A stretch of 64,000 nt of DNA from Octopus vulgaris (Eukaryota): contig OX597838.1 in the NCBI GenBank assembly GCA_951406725.2, positions 4,774,001 through 4,838,000 of the forward strand. Direction: 5' to 3'. The translations under genes were made by a program, and so were the position numbers. Numbering within the stretch: the first letter of the stretch is position 1; every line of letters begins with the position of its first letter. Below, piece by piece: positions 40,859 to 52,906 of the stretch. The notes beneath the pieces are model-generated. The model was not told where the DNA came from, made no database searches, and saw nothing but the letters and a program-made list of their open reading frames with translations.

Positions 40859-40990
40859 AGAGAGAAACAGTGGGAGAGTAGAGGAGGATAAGATAAGAAA
40901 AATAAAAAAGAAAGCCAAGGAAGATAAACCACGTGAACGACCGAGAGAGAGAGAGAGTGAAAGAGAGAAAGAGTGGGGAGAGGAATTACC

Positions 40991-41962
40991 ATGGAGATAA
41001 ATGACAGTTTGAGCAACGGGAGTCTTGTGATAAACAACGGACCTTACTATGACGAACCTTACCGAACATTTTCCATCATTGTTGATTCCCTGCTTATTTT
41101 GCCTGCCATTGCCGGAAATCTTATAATCGTTTATTTCGTCTCAAAGTCGAAGGAGTTACGAAACGTGGGCAACTACTTGGTGATAAGCCTGGCTTTTGAT
41201 GACGTATTCATGGGAGCATGTATTCTACCTTATGACATTTACGTTCTCTACAACACTTCGCTGGGACAAAACAAGGTACTTTGTTTGTTGCGTTTCGTTT
41301 TACACAATATGACCGGTTCAAACTCGATTTTCAATTTGTTTTTCATTTCGTTGGAGCGTTACATTGCTATTATACATCCGTTCAACTACAATAAATTCGT
41401 GACTTACCCAAGACTTATCGCCGGGATTATTGCCGCCAGAGTCTACAGCTTGGTTATGGCCAGCATCCCATTGATGGGTGACCACAAATGGACGCCTGGC
41501 GTACAGTGCGACCCTTCACGCATATGGGTAACATGGTATTCGTATTTCTGCTCCTTATGGGCTGTGTGTCTTATTTCGCTTACGATCTTCTGTTACAGCA
41601 GAGTGATCAAAGTGGCTTTCAGACATATAGACGCCGTCATTAAACAGAGGGAGAGCGTAGATACAGAAGGAGAGTCAGATCATAAAGCAGATATACGCAA
41701 AACGAAAATGATGGCGTTAATTTTCGGTTTATTCCTTCTATACTGGTCGCCATTTTCTTTAGTTCTCTTTTTCCAGAGATTGTACAAAGACAGTGTTGTA
41801 TTGGCCCAAGCTAAATGCTATTCGTTGACGTTTATCAAGAGTAACTGTTGCATCAATTTTATTGTATACATGAGTAGGAGTAAAGCATTTCGGAAGAACT
41901 TGAGGTGTTTCTGCCTGACAAAAGTTAGTCCGGACTCGGATGACGGGACTGCTCTAAGCTGA
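40991..41962 (+). CDS. Intronless rhodopsin-like (class A) GPCR, 323 aa, orphan
   Basis: ATG in ACCATGG context; seven hydrophobic segments; N-terminal NDS/NGS sequons; GN (TM1), SLAFDD (TM2), Cys3.25 exactly 25 residues before the Arg of ERY, ECL2 Cys, YWSPF (TM6), NFIVY (TM7), helix-8 FR and CFC. Confidence 0.95.
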   Translation: MEINDSLSNGSLVINNGPYYDEPYRTFSIIVDSLLILPAIAGNLIIVYFVSKSKELRNVGNYLVISLAFDDVFMGACILPYDIYVLYNTSLGQNKVLCLLRFVLHNMTGSNSIFNLFFISLERYIAIIHPFNYNKFVTYPRLIAGIIAARVYSLVMASIPLMGDHKWTPGVQCDPSRIWVTWYSYFCSLWAVCLISLTIFCYSRVIKVAFRHIDAVIKQRESVDTEGESDHKADIRKTKMMALIFGLFLLYWSPFSLVLFFQRLYKDSVVLAQAKCYSLTFIKSNCCINFIVYMSRSKAFRKNLRCFCLTKVSPDSDDGTALS

Positions 41963-42250
41963 GATCTGCACCGAAAGGATTACTGTTCGTAGAGAGGATA
42001 AACTTTCTCACGAAGACTATGTACACGTATGTAAATAACGCACACACACACACCTACGTACTCACATATGCACAGCGATATATAATGTGTGTGTATGTAT
42101 GTAGATGTGGGCATATGTATATATGGATATGTATATATATATATATACACATAATTATTATTGACTGTATTTACGAACAATATATGCACAGAAAATGTTT
42201 TTTTATATATTATTGTTATGATCACATGTAAAACTAAAGTAAACTACGTC

Positions 42251-42296
<46 letters not shown>

Positions 42297-42303
42297 TATA
42301 ACT

Positions 42304-42569
<266 letters not shown>

Positions 42570-43254
42570 ACAATCTTTGTTCGCAAATCGATGTAAGCAC
42601 ATCGGGGTATATATGTGACTTTTTGTATGTATGTGTTTATATTATATGTGTGTGTGTGTGTGTGCGTGTGTGTAAATATATGTATACGTATCTATTCCTA
42701 TATTCTGGGCTATACATGCATTCACTTATTAATATATCGATAAATGTCTATGTACATCCGTATGACAATAAAATGCAAGCACACACACATACACACGCAC
42801 ACAAGTACAAACTTTTGCACACACACACAGACACACACACACATACTCTTACACGCCCACACACAGAGACACACAGACACGCTCACTACAGCGAGTAATT
42901 AAGCCATGTTTACATTCATAGACACGTATTTACACACATTCCTGCTATGATAACATTGTATGTATATGCATCTATCTGTCTGTCAGTCTGTCTGTCTGTC
43001 TGGCTGGCTGTCCGTCTGTCTGACAGTCTGCCTGTCTGTCCATCCACACACATCCATCCATCAATAAATCCACACACACACACATCTACGTTGACACACA
43101 CATGTACAGACACACTCACATACTCAAACACTCTCACACACTCACAAACACACACACACACACACAAGCATAGACATATAAAAAAACACACCCACTCACA
43201 AGTTCTCACACACATACACCATCACACACACGCTTTTTATTTTATTCTTTTTTA

Positions 43255-43447
43255 AGGCGACGAGCTGGCAGAAATGTTTAGCAATATTTCGTCTGTCTTT
43301 ACGTTCTGAGTTCAAATCCTGCTGAGGTCGACTTTGCCTTTCATCCTTTCGGGGTCAATAAATTAATTACCAGTTGCGTACTGGTGTCGATGTAATCGAC
43401 TGGCCCGTTTCCTCAAACTTTCGGGCCTTGTACCTAGAGTAGAAGAC
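43255..43447 (+). mobile_element. Family B SINE, alternative tail
   Basis: GGCGACGAGCTGGCAGAAA...GTCGATGTAATCGACTGG...TTTCGGGCCTTGTACCTAGAGTAGAA. Confidence 0.85.
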
Positions 43448-43459
43448 AATTATTGTTTT

Positions 43460-43826
43460 AATTGTTTCGGTCATTTGACTGCGGCAATGCTGGAGCAAGC
43501 TTTTAGTCGAACAAATCTACCCCTAAAACGTATTCTCTGTAAGCCTGGGACATATTCTATCGGGCCCTTTTGTCGATCCACTAAGTTACGAGGACGTAAC
43601 ACACAAACATCGGTTGTCAAAAGATGGTAGGAGGTTAAACACAGACACACAAATACAGACATTTATATACGACATATATACGACGGGCTTCTTTCAGTTT
43701 CCGTCTACTAAATCCACTCACAAGGCTTTGGTCGGCCCAAGGCTATAGTACAAGACACTTGCCCAATGAGCCACGAAGTGAGACTGAACCTGAAATCATG
43801 TGGTTGGGAAGCAAGCTGCTTACCAC
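43460..43826 (-). mobile_element. Family A SINE, full length
   Basis: Collinear match to 57447-57842. Confidence 0.85.
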
Positions 43827-43838
43827 ATCGATACTCTT

Positions 43839-43884
<46 letters not shown>

Positions 43885-43969
43885 CATCGACACCAGTACG
43901 TTATTGGTACTTCTCTTATCGACCCCGAAAAGATTAAAGACAAAGTCGACCTCGGCGGAATTTTAACTC

Positions 43970-44015
<46 letters not shown>

Positions 44016-44024
44016 GTGCGATAT

Positions 44025-44270
44025 ATTCTTTTATTCTTTTACTTGTTTCTGTAATTTGACTGCGGCCATGCTGGAGCACCGCTTTTAGTCGACAAATCGA
44101 TCCCAGTTCTTATTCTTTATAAGCGTAGTATTTATTCTATCGGTCCTTTTGTCCACCCGCTAGGTTATGGGGACGTATACACACCAGCGTCGGTCGTCAA
44201 GAGATGTTTGGAAGACAAAAACAGAAATACAAACATACACACACACACACACACACACATGTTTGTGTAC

Positions 44271-44304
<34 letters not shown>

Positions 44305-44815
44305 CCACACACACAGAGGTGCGTTCGCCCATCCACGCAGTGACAAAAGCTACTCAAAGAAAAATGTTTACATGATTCACACTAAATGAAAAAAAATTTG
44401 GCATTTGGCAGTTTAATGAGGACAACTTTTCCATTTTATCTTTCACGTGTTTCAATCACTGAGTCTTTGGCCATACTGGGGCACCGAATTAAAATTTTTA
44501 GTCCAATTAATCGAGAACGGTACTTGATTTTTTAAGCTTGGTACTTTATTTTATTGGTCCCCTCCCTTTTTGTAAACAAACCAACATCGGTTGTCAAGCG
44601 ATGGTCGGTGGAGAACAAACACAGACACCACACGCAAACACACACACACACATACATACGACAGGCTTCTTTCAGTTTCCGTCTACCAAATCCACTCACA
44701 AGGACTTGGTCGGCCCGAGGTTATAGAAGACACTAGCCGAAGGTGCGACGCAGTGGAACTGAACCTGGAAGCATGTGGTTGGTAATGAAGCTACTTACCA
44801 CATAGCCACTCCTGC
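44025..44815 (-). mobile_element. Family A SINEs: 3' half (44025-44225) and full copy (44435-44815)
   Basis: GACTGCGGCCATGCTGGAGCACCGC and CTTCTTTCAGTTTCCGTCTACCAAATCCACTCACAAGG motifs. Confidence 0.85.
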
Positions 44816-45017
44816 TATATAGTGTATGTATATATTTATATCCACTATATATATATACGCGCTATCACACACACACATACGCACACACACATACAAATGT
44901 ATAAGATACCGTTAAACTTATTTCTATTTGTATGTGTGTGTGTGTGAGTGTGTGCTTGTGTGTGTGTGTGTGTGTGTGTGTCCATAGTATAAAGGATTAT
45001 TATCCTTGTTAATAAAC

Positions 45018-45845
45018 CGGCGTGCTGGCAGAATCATTAACACGCTAGACGAAATCCTGTACGAAATTTCGCCCGTCGCTACGTTCTGAGTTCAAATTCC
45101 GCTGAGGTTGACTTTACCTTTTATCCTTTTGGGATCGATAAAATAACTACCAGTGTAATCGACTCGTCCCCACCTCCCCCAAGCTGCCCTTGTGGCAAAA
45201 ATTTGAAATAATTATTAACCTTGTTAAGGAAACTTTAGCGCGTCGAACAAATTGCTTAGCTGCTTTTCTTCCTCGTTTTTATGCTCTGCGTTCCAATGCA
45301 GCCGAGGTCGACTTTGTCTTTCATTCTTTCAGGTTGGATAAAATAAGTACCATTTACGTAATGGGGGGTCGATGTAACCCTACTTTGAAGCATTTGTTAA
45401 AGCGGTAAGCTGGCAAAGTCATTAGCTTACCGGCCGGGCAAAATACTTAGCGGCTTGTCGTCCGTCTTTACGTTCTGAGTTCAAATACTGCCGAGGTCGA
45501 TTTTGATTTTCATTCTTTTGGGTTGGAAAAAAATGATTATCAATTGAGCAGTAGGATCGATGTTATCGATGTGCTCTCCCCGCAGAATTGCTGTCACTGT
45601 ACTAAATTCGAGAGTGTTATCCTGAAAAACACTATGGGAAATATGCTGGTAAAATTGTCAGCGCGTCGAACAAAGCTCAGTGGTATGTATTCTCGCTCTT
45701 TAGATTCTGGTTTCAAACCATTCCTAGGTCAATTTTGCCTTTAAATCACCCCTTACCGTTCGAGAACATAAAGTACTTCCAATAACTGAGGCCGATGTAA
45801 TTGACTAATTCCCCCGCCCAAAAGTACAGCTAGTGTTCCAAAATC
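45018..45845 (+). mobile_element. Cluster of four head-to-tail degenerate family B SINEs
   Basis: Repeating GCTGGCA.A...TTAGC...GTTCTGAGTTCAAAT..GCCGAGGTCGA units starting near 45018, 45225, 45402 and 45645. Confidence 0.75.
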
Positions 45846-46349
45846 AGATATAATTATTTTTAATTAATTAGTTACATAATTGATTAATTATCAGTGTGAT
45901 CAATCGTTTGATCATCGAATCGCTTATTTAATCCGAGTGTTTTCGCCGCTATCTGCCACCTCTTCCATAACCTATCCTTTGATCTCGATTTCAGCCACAT
46001 ACTCAACTTAAATGATTTCACCTAACACAATTTTCACAATTAAAGGCAGTAAAGTTTCAAGTTCGATGGTGACTTTGTCTTTATGGCCAACAGACCACGT
46101 AAAATCTCTCCCATCGCTACGAAGCATTGAATTTCCCAAACCGTTGGGGAATCGAGTATACCGATTTTGTTTTATTGTTTTTATTATATTACACTGTAAA
46201 GGGGACCAGCTGGCAGAAACGTTGGTGCGCCGGGCAAAATACGACATTTCATCCGTTTTTGTGCTCTACATTCTAATTCCACCGAGTCCATTTAGGCCCT
46301 CCAACGAAATTGCTGGCCTTGTGCCAGGATTTGTAACCTATTTTATATC

Positions 46350-46660
46350 TGGCATTCCGTCAGTTACGACAACGAGGGTTCCAGTCGATCCGATCAACGA
46401 AACAGCTTGCTCGTGAAATTAACGTGCAAGTGGCTGAGCACTCCACAGACACGTGTACCCTTAACGTAGTTCCCAGGGAGATTCAGCCTGACACAGAGTG
46501 TGACAAGGCTAGCTCTTTGAAATCCAGCCACTACTCATTTTTACCAGCTGAGTGGAACAGAGCAACGTGAAATATAATGTCCGGTTCAAGGACACAGCGT
46601 GTCGCCGGGATCCGAACTCACGACTATACGTTCGTGAACCGCATACGCCAGCCACTAAGC
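46350..46660 (-). mobile_element. tRNA-derived SINE, family E head with tail type 1
   Basis: Minus strand GCTTAGTGG...GAGTTCGGATCCC head and TGTGTCCTTGA...CCACTCAGCTGGTAAAAATGAGTA body; tail shared with 680-850. Confidence 0.8.
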
Positions 46661-47083
46661 ATTACTTGATATAGATGCTATCTATCTATATCGAAAAATA
46701 ATGTTATCCATCTATATCGAAAGAATAATGTACATTCCAGTAATCGAATGAACAACCCCTAACCCGGCCCTGCAGTAACTCGATCCCCTGTGTATATATT
46801 AAAACTCAATATCCTATCTTCACTGGGCCAGGTGGGGGAAAGCTAGAGCAGGGTTTGAACTCAAAGACTTGAGGTTCGTAAACATGTCTCTTTTAATTTT
46901 AGAACATGATCAGAAATTCTAGAGGAGGCAAGTCAGTTAAATCGACACTTATTACTTGAATGGTAACTTATTTTATCGACCTCGAAAAAAAAAGAAGACG
47001 AGAGACAAAGTGGTAAAATATATTCTCACTTAAACCTGGATGTTCTGTTAGAACGAACTATACTGCGGTAGATACCACGAGAG

Positions 47084-47683
47084 CAGGGCAGTTGCTAAGT
47101 CCCTGCAATCCCTGCGGTAGCTGGGGCCTTCACAGTTGAGGAGCCTCATGTTAAGATCAAATGACGTAGATGAGTCATCTATTTATTATGGTTAAGAAGT
47201 TGAACAGGAATTAAACTATGTCAACTGAAAATTACAAGAAATAAAATGGTAAGACATTGTACCTGCAAAGTTCTTGTAAAAAATATTACATTGTATTACG
47301 AATGTGTCCCAGACTTTGCGGATTGTCTATGATATCTATCGAACACGAACTTAGCTCTCAGCTTGATTATTCTGAGCTGATCGATGATTTTGCAAAGTGA
47401 AAAGTGCGCCGTGTTTGTCTTTGAAAATTGCCTGGATTATAAAAGTGCTCTTTTATTCATATCTGGAAGTTTTGCTTATTGAAATTCGTAACAGCCCTAA
47501 ATAAATTTTAATTTTTACTTTTAAAAATGTTCTTTGGGATGATGTGAAATATTGAACTTCAGATAGAATAAAGTATAGTATAGCTATGAATAAAAGGTGC
47601 GTAGATTATGAATTCTGATTGAAGGGTTGGGGCCTCGAAACGAAAAGTTGCAGGGTGCTTCTAAAAGTCACGCGACGGAGCTG
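47084..47683 (+). mobile_element. Internally deleted hAT DNA transposon with 8-bp TSD
   Basis: Degenerate TIRs CAGGGCAGTTGC / GCGACGGAGCTG; flanks CACGAGAG (47076-47083) and CATGAGAG (47684-47691); CGLSMISIEHELSSQLDYSELIDDFAK*KVRR matches the hAT C-terminal dimerisation region. Confidence 0.85.
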
Positions 47684-47807
47684 CATGAGAGAAAATCTCA
47701 TATAGGCTGTTGTTACAAAATGCACCTTTGTCTATATAGCATGTGGGGAGATAAACCCCCACCATATCCAGTGCTGAGATCACCATGGCAGTACATGGTG
47801 GTATACT

Positions 47808-48025
47808 ATTTTTACTCTTTTTACTCTTTTACTTGTTTCAGACATGTGACTGTGGCCATGCTGGAGCACCGCCTTTAGTCGAGCAAATCGACACCAGGAC
47901 TTATTCTTTGTAAGCCTAGTACTTAATCTATCGGTCTCTTTTTACCGAACCGCTAAGTTACGGGGACGTAAACACACCACCATCGGTTGTCAAGTAATGC
48001 TAGGGGGACAAACACAGACACACAA

Positions 48026-48058
<33 letters not shown>

Positions 48059-48223
48059 CATATACATATATACGACGGGCTTCTTTCAGTTTCCGTCTAC
48101 CAAATTCACTCACAAGGCTTTGGTCGGCCCGAAGCTATAGTAGAAGACACTTGCCCAAGGTGCCACGCAGTAGGACTGAACCCGGAACCATGTGGTTGCT
48201 AAACAAGCTACTTACCACACAGC
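47808..48223 (-). mobile_element. Family A SINE, young, near full length
   Basis: Close match to 57447-57842; tandem TTTTACTC tail. Confidence 0.9.
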
Positions 48224-48354
48224 CGAGAGATTTATTATTTTTCATTTTTCTATGGTATCTGCTGCAATAAAATTAGTTCTAACAGAACATCTACGTTTAG
48301 GTGGGGATACATATTGCTTCTCGCTACTAATACTGCCTCTGTCATTTTTTCTTT

Positions 48355-48788
48355 TATTCTTTTACTTCTTTCAGTCATTTGACTGCGGCCATGCTGGAGC
48401 ACCACCTTTAGTCAAGCGAAGTTACCCCAGGAGTTATTCTCTGTAATCTTAGTACGTATTCTATCGGTCTCTTTTGCCGAACCGCTACGTTACGAGGACG
48501 TAAACGCACCAGCATCGGTTGTCAAGCGATGTTGGGGGAACAAACACAGACACACAAACAAATACACATACGCACATACATACATACAATATATACATAC
48601 ATACATACATATATATTATATATATAGACGGGCTTTTTTCAGTTTCCGTCTACCAAATCCACTCACAAATCTTTGGTCGGCTCGAGGCTATTGTAGAGGA
48701 TACTTGCCTAAGGTGCCACGCGGTGGGACTGAACCGGGAACCATGACGTCGGTAAGCAAGCTAGTTACCACACAGCCACTCCTGCGCT
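48355..48788 (-). mobile_element. Family A SINE, full length
   Basis: Ends in ACACAGCCACTCCTGCGC (reverse of the head). Confidence 0.9.
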
Positions 48789-49269
48789 TATATATATTTT
48801 TTAGAAAGACGTAATAGATTTATTACAGGATCTGAATTCAGCACGTCGGGGCCGGAAGAAATGCTGCGAAGCTTTTATCCGGCGGACTAACGATTCTGCC
48901 AGCTGCTCACTTTGAAGGGACACCCCATGGTATTATATCGAAGGATATGACCGACTTTAAGTCATCATCTTAAATTCTAACCTGGTTGCAAGTAGTAACT
49001 TCATCACGGTCAAACGATTAGCTAGAAATAGCAGCTAAATATCCTTCAAGTCAACCAATGCCCCAGTTTTATTGTAGATGAAAGATATGTAGTACAGAAA
49101 AATAAACAAAAACAACGACAACAACAACAGCTCAACATCTGCAACAACGACAATATCAATAACATCATCAACAACAATCACAACAGCAACACCATCAGCA
49201 TCAACAATAGCGACAACAGAAACAACAACAGCAACAAAAAACTACTACCACAACAACAACAACAATATT

Positions 49270-49770
49270 GGCTCTCTGTCGGTTACGACGACCAGTGTTC
49301 CAGCAGATTTGTTCAACGCAAACAGCCTGCTCGTGAAATTAACGTGCAAGTGGCTGAGTACTCCACAGACACACACGACCCCACTCAACTTAATTCTCGG
49401 GGAGACTCAATGTAACAGAGAAACGCAAAAAAGGGTTGCTCTTTCGTACGACAGGTTGAAATCATTCCTGCTAACTGAGTGAAATTGGAATTACATGGGA
49501 ATCGAACTCTCGATCTACGAACGTGAGCAGAACACGCTAACCTATTTCTTTACTACCCACAAGGGGCTAAACACAGAGGGGACAAACAAGGACAGACAAA
49601 CGGATTAAGTCGATCGCATCGACCCCAGTGCGTAACTGGTACTTAATTTATCGACCCCGAAAGGATGAAAGGCAAAGTCGACCTCGGCGGAATTTGAACT
49701 CAGAACGTAACGGCAGACGAAATACGGCTACGCATTTCGCCCGGCGTGCAGAACACACTAACCATTAAGC
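49270..49770 (-). mobile_element. Old family E SINE interrupted by a 5'-truncated family B SINE (49543-49747)
   Basis: TSD GCAGAACAC(G/A)CTAACC at 49527-49542 and 49748-49763. Confidence 0.85.
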
Positions 49771-50339
49771 TACAACCCTTCACTAAACATCACGACAAGA
49801 TCAACCGTGACTGGCGTCCCTGAGGTCAGTTTGGCGGAAATAGCCAAGTTCCGCCACAAGGGACGTCACCTTTGAGTCACAAAATTATAAAAATTAACGG
49901 AAGCCTTTCTTTCTGTTTTTATACTGTTATTTTTGTTTTGTTATTTTTGTTTTGTTTTTCTTTTATTCTCCATTCATCATAAAAAAGACCCCTCCTTTCA
50001 ACTTATCCTTCACACTCTCTCTCACCTTTCTGTCTCTCTCTCCCACCTCTCTCTCTCTCTCTCTCTTTCTCATTTCTATCACCCAGACTTTCCTTTCCTT
50101 CGTGCCACTCCCACTTTCAGCCTCTACTACACTCCCCTTCTTTTCCCTCCCTTTATTCAACGTACATCTTTAAACAAAACTTTACTGCCTCGCCGTCCAT
50201 GCCACTCCCTCCCTGTCTACACTTTTATTTTTTATTTGTTTTACCTTCGTTACGTTTATTGTTTATTACTTTACCTGCAGTAAAACTTCTGTCGCCAACA
50301 CACTTTCCTCCATTACAACCAACGTTTCCTATTTCTTGC

Positions 50340-50397
<58 letters not shown>

Positions 50398-50547
50398 CTA
50401 CCTGTCTGTCTGTCTGTCTGTCTATCTCTCTGTCTATCTATCTATCTAACCATATACACATATGTGTGTGTACATATATAGAAAAATAAGTATACATACA
50501 TACAAACACACATACATACTCAAACAAACAAACACATTCACAGACAA

Positions 50548-50616
<69 letters not shown>

Positions 50617-50924
50617 AACACACACACACACATATCCACGCTACAATAACAAGAAACTGACCCACAGCAGGTGTCCTTGAGGTCAGTCAGCCGGAAACGC
50701 CCGAGTTCCGTCACAAGGAACGTAACCTCGGGGCCTGAAGGTTATGAGATCTACTTTTATTCATCGATTTCTCTGTATCTATATTGATTGTAAATTGAAA
50801 ATATCATTATTCACAATGTATTCAATACGATTCTGTTCCCTTGATAAATTATAACTTTGTTTTGATATGAGTGTGTGTATATATATAGAGAAGTCTATCT
50901 GTCTATCTATTTATATTTTACTTT

Positions 50925-51120
50925 CTACAGTTGTTAGACTGCGGCCATGCTGGGGCACCACCTTCAAGAATATTTAGTCGAATGAATTAAAGAGCGTAAT
51001 TCTTTACTTAGTATTTTAAAGACTGTTACTTATTGTATCGGTTCCTTCCAAGTTACGGTAACATAAATACACCAACACCGCTTGTCGAATACAAGGACAC
51101 AGACATCGATACACAGAAAC
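50925..51120 (-). mobile_element. Family A SINE 3' half
   Basis: GACTGCGGCCATGCTGGGGCACCACC...AAGTTACGG...CCAACACCGCTTGTC. Confidence 0.7.
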
Positions 51121-51148
51121 ACACTATTATATATATATATATACATAC

Positions 51149-51189
<41 letters not shown>

Positions 51190-51231
51190 TACATACATAC
51201 ATACATACATACATATACATATATATATATA

Positions 51232-51352
51232 TCACCGTGATCACCGTGACCGACCAGGCTATCAGATGTTGTTACACATCGCTGGTCACAATGCGCTTCG
51301 CATTGTTTTAGCCTTCAAATGACACCACCCCGCTGGCTAAGCGAGCAGGCCA
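51232..51352 (-). mobile_element. Isolated tail type 2 of family C SINE in (TA)n
   Basis: Near-identical to 28115-28225. Confidence 0.8.
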
Positions 51353-51659
51353 ATGTATATATATATATATATATATATTGTGTAAAAATTAAATTAAATG
51401 TCTTTTTAAAATATTTCCATAGTTTTTAAATACAAGGGACATTCCCCCCTCTCTCACTTCATATATATATACACACATATGATTATGTTTATTTTTATAT
51501 ACTTTAAATGGAGTTGACTTCGATCCGCCACTAGGCGAACTTCGAGTTGATCTATCCTTGTGTGATCTTCTCTTCTAAATATATCACATATTATTTGCAC
51601 CTCGTATAAAAAAAGAAAAAAACTTAAATATGATTCGACCAAAGATTGGCCTACGCAAT

Positions 51660-52115
51660 GTCTAACTTAATAGCACCACCTGATAGGATTATCTAAATCC
51701 TTTTTAAGTCAAGTTTTGTTTATGGTCCATTCAAGTAGAGAATTCTTGTTGAGTGAGTTGTATCCAGGTATGGGTGGCTTGTCTGGTATTCCTTGAAGAA
51801 ATCTGTCCAGACACCGTTTAAAGGTGATGGGATCCTTTTCCTTGGGACAATGTTAAACAGGGCAAGGCCTGTTGAAGAAAAGAAATTGTGTTGCAGTGAA
51901 CCTATATGTTGTGATCCTGAATTGGTCCCAGCCTTGGATGAACCTTGAAACTAATGTTCATGTCGTTTGGGCAATGCTGGCGATATATTCTCCACATCGT
52001 ACAAATGATGTACCGCTCGCGGTGGCGCTGGAGAGAGTAGAGTTTGAAGGCTTTAAGGTGGTCCCAGTAATCGAGATCAGTCATGCCTTCAATTCGTTTA
52101 GTGAGTGCCCTCTGG
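51660..52115 (-). mobile_element. CR1/L2-type LINE 3' end
   Basis: QRALTKRIEGMTDLDYWDHLKAFKLYSLQRHRERYII...; after a frameshift, FKRCLDRFLQGIPDKPPIPGY. Confidence 0.85.
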
Positions 52116-52153
52116 GGTGATTCAATTTTCGCATAGTATATATATTTTATCCC

Positions 52154-52196
<43 letters not shown>

Positions 52197-52906
52197 CACG
52201 CATATGGGGGCGGGTTTAATACATGTTTGTGTGCATATATGTATAATATATATGTACTCATTCAGCACTATCTCTCATATCTGTCCACAAGTTTACCTTA
52301 AGAACAGAAAAAATCAGTTTAATTTTTTCCCGATTATCGAACACACATCTTTGTTTTATTTCTTCACTAATGCTGTGTTTTCAATAAATAATCTAAATAA
52401 ATTAACCAACTTCTCCGGTATTTTTCACTCGTTTTCCAACAATTGTCGTCCATCCAGACATAGAGGTGAGCAGGCGGAAGCTTGGAGCGGTTGATGTAAA
52501 CAGCTTCTGGGTGATATTGTATTTCGTTTCTTTTTCTGGAAGGCATTTTCAGCAAAGGTCATTGAAGTACACTTAGCCTTTGTTGATCATTGATAGGTCT
52601 GCCGGAAGTTGACATTTCCTACTGCCCACTGATGGAAAGTATTTTTCGAGAGGCTCCCACCGTACCGGTCAATGATAAAGAGGATCACCCTGCGTCAGGG
52701 GACAGTGACCATCTTGAATAAAGGCGTAATGATACGGACTACCTAAAAAGCAGTAGCGATCTTACACGCGCACGCACACGCACACATACACACATACGCC
52801 TACACACACATATGTACACATATACATAGATAATCTTATATATATGAGAAAAATTAAGGCGGTGGTCCGGCATGGCCGCAGCCAATTAATTGAAACAAGT
52901 CACTTA

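Noticed and set aside
40973-40990. GPCR start at the ORF-track position 40973
   Set aside because: That codon is GTG; the ATG at 40991 has a strong ACCATGG context.
45018-45845. CRISPR-like array
   Set aside because: Units are ~200-nt diverged SINE copies, not short identical repeats with unique spacers; eukaryotic context, no cas genes.
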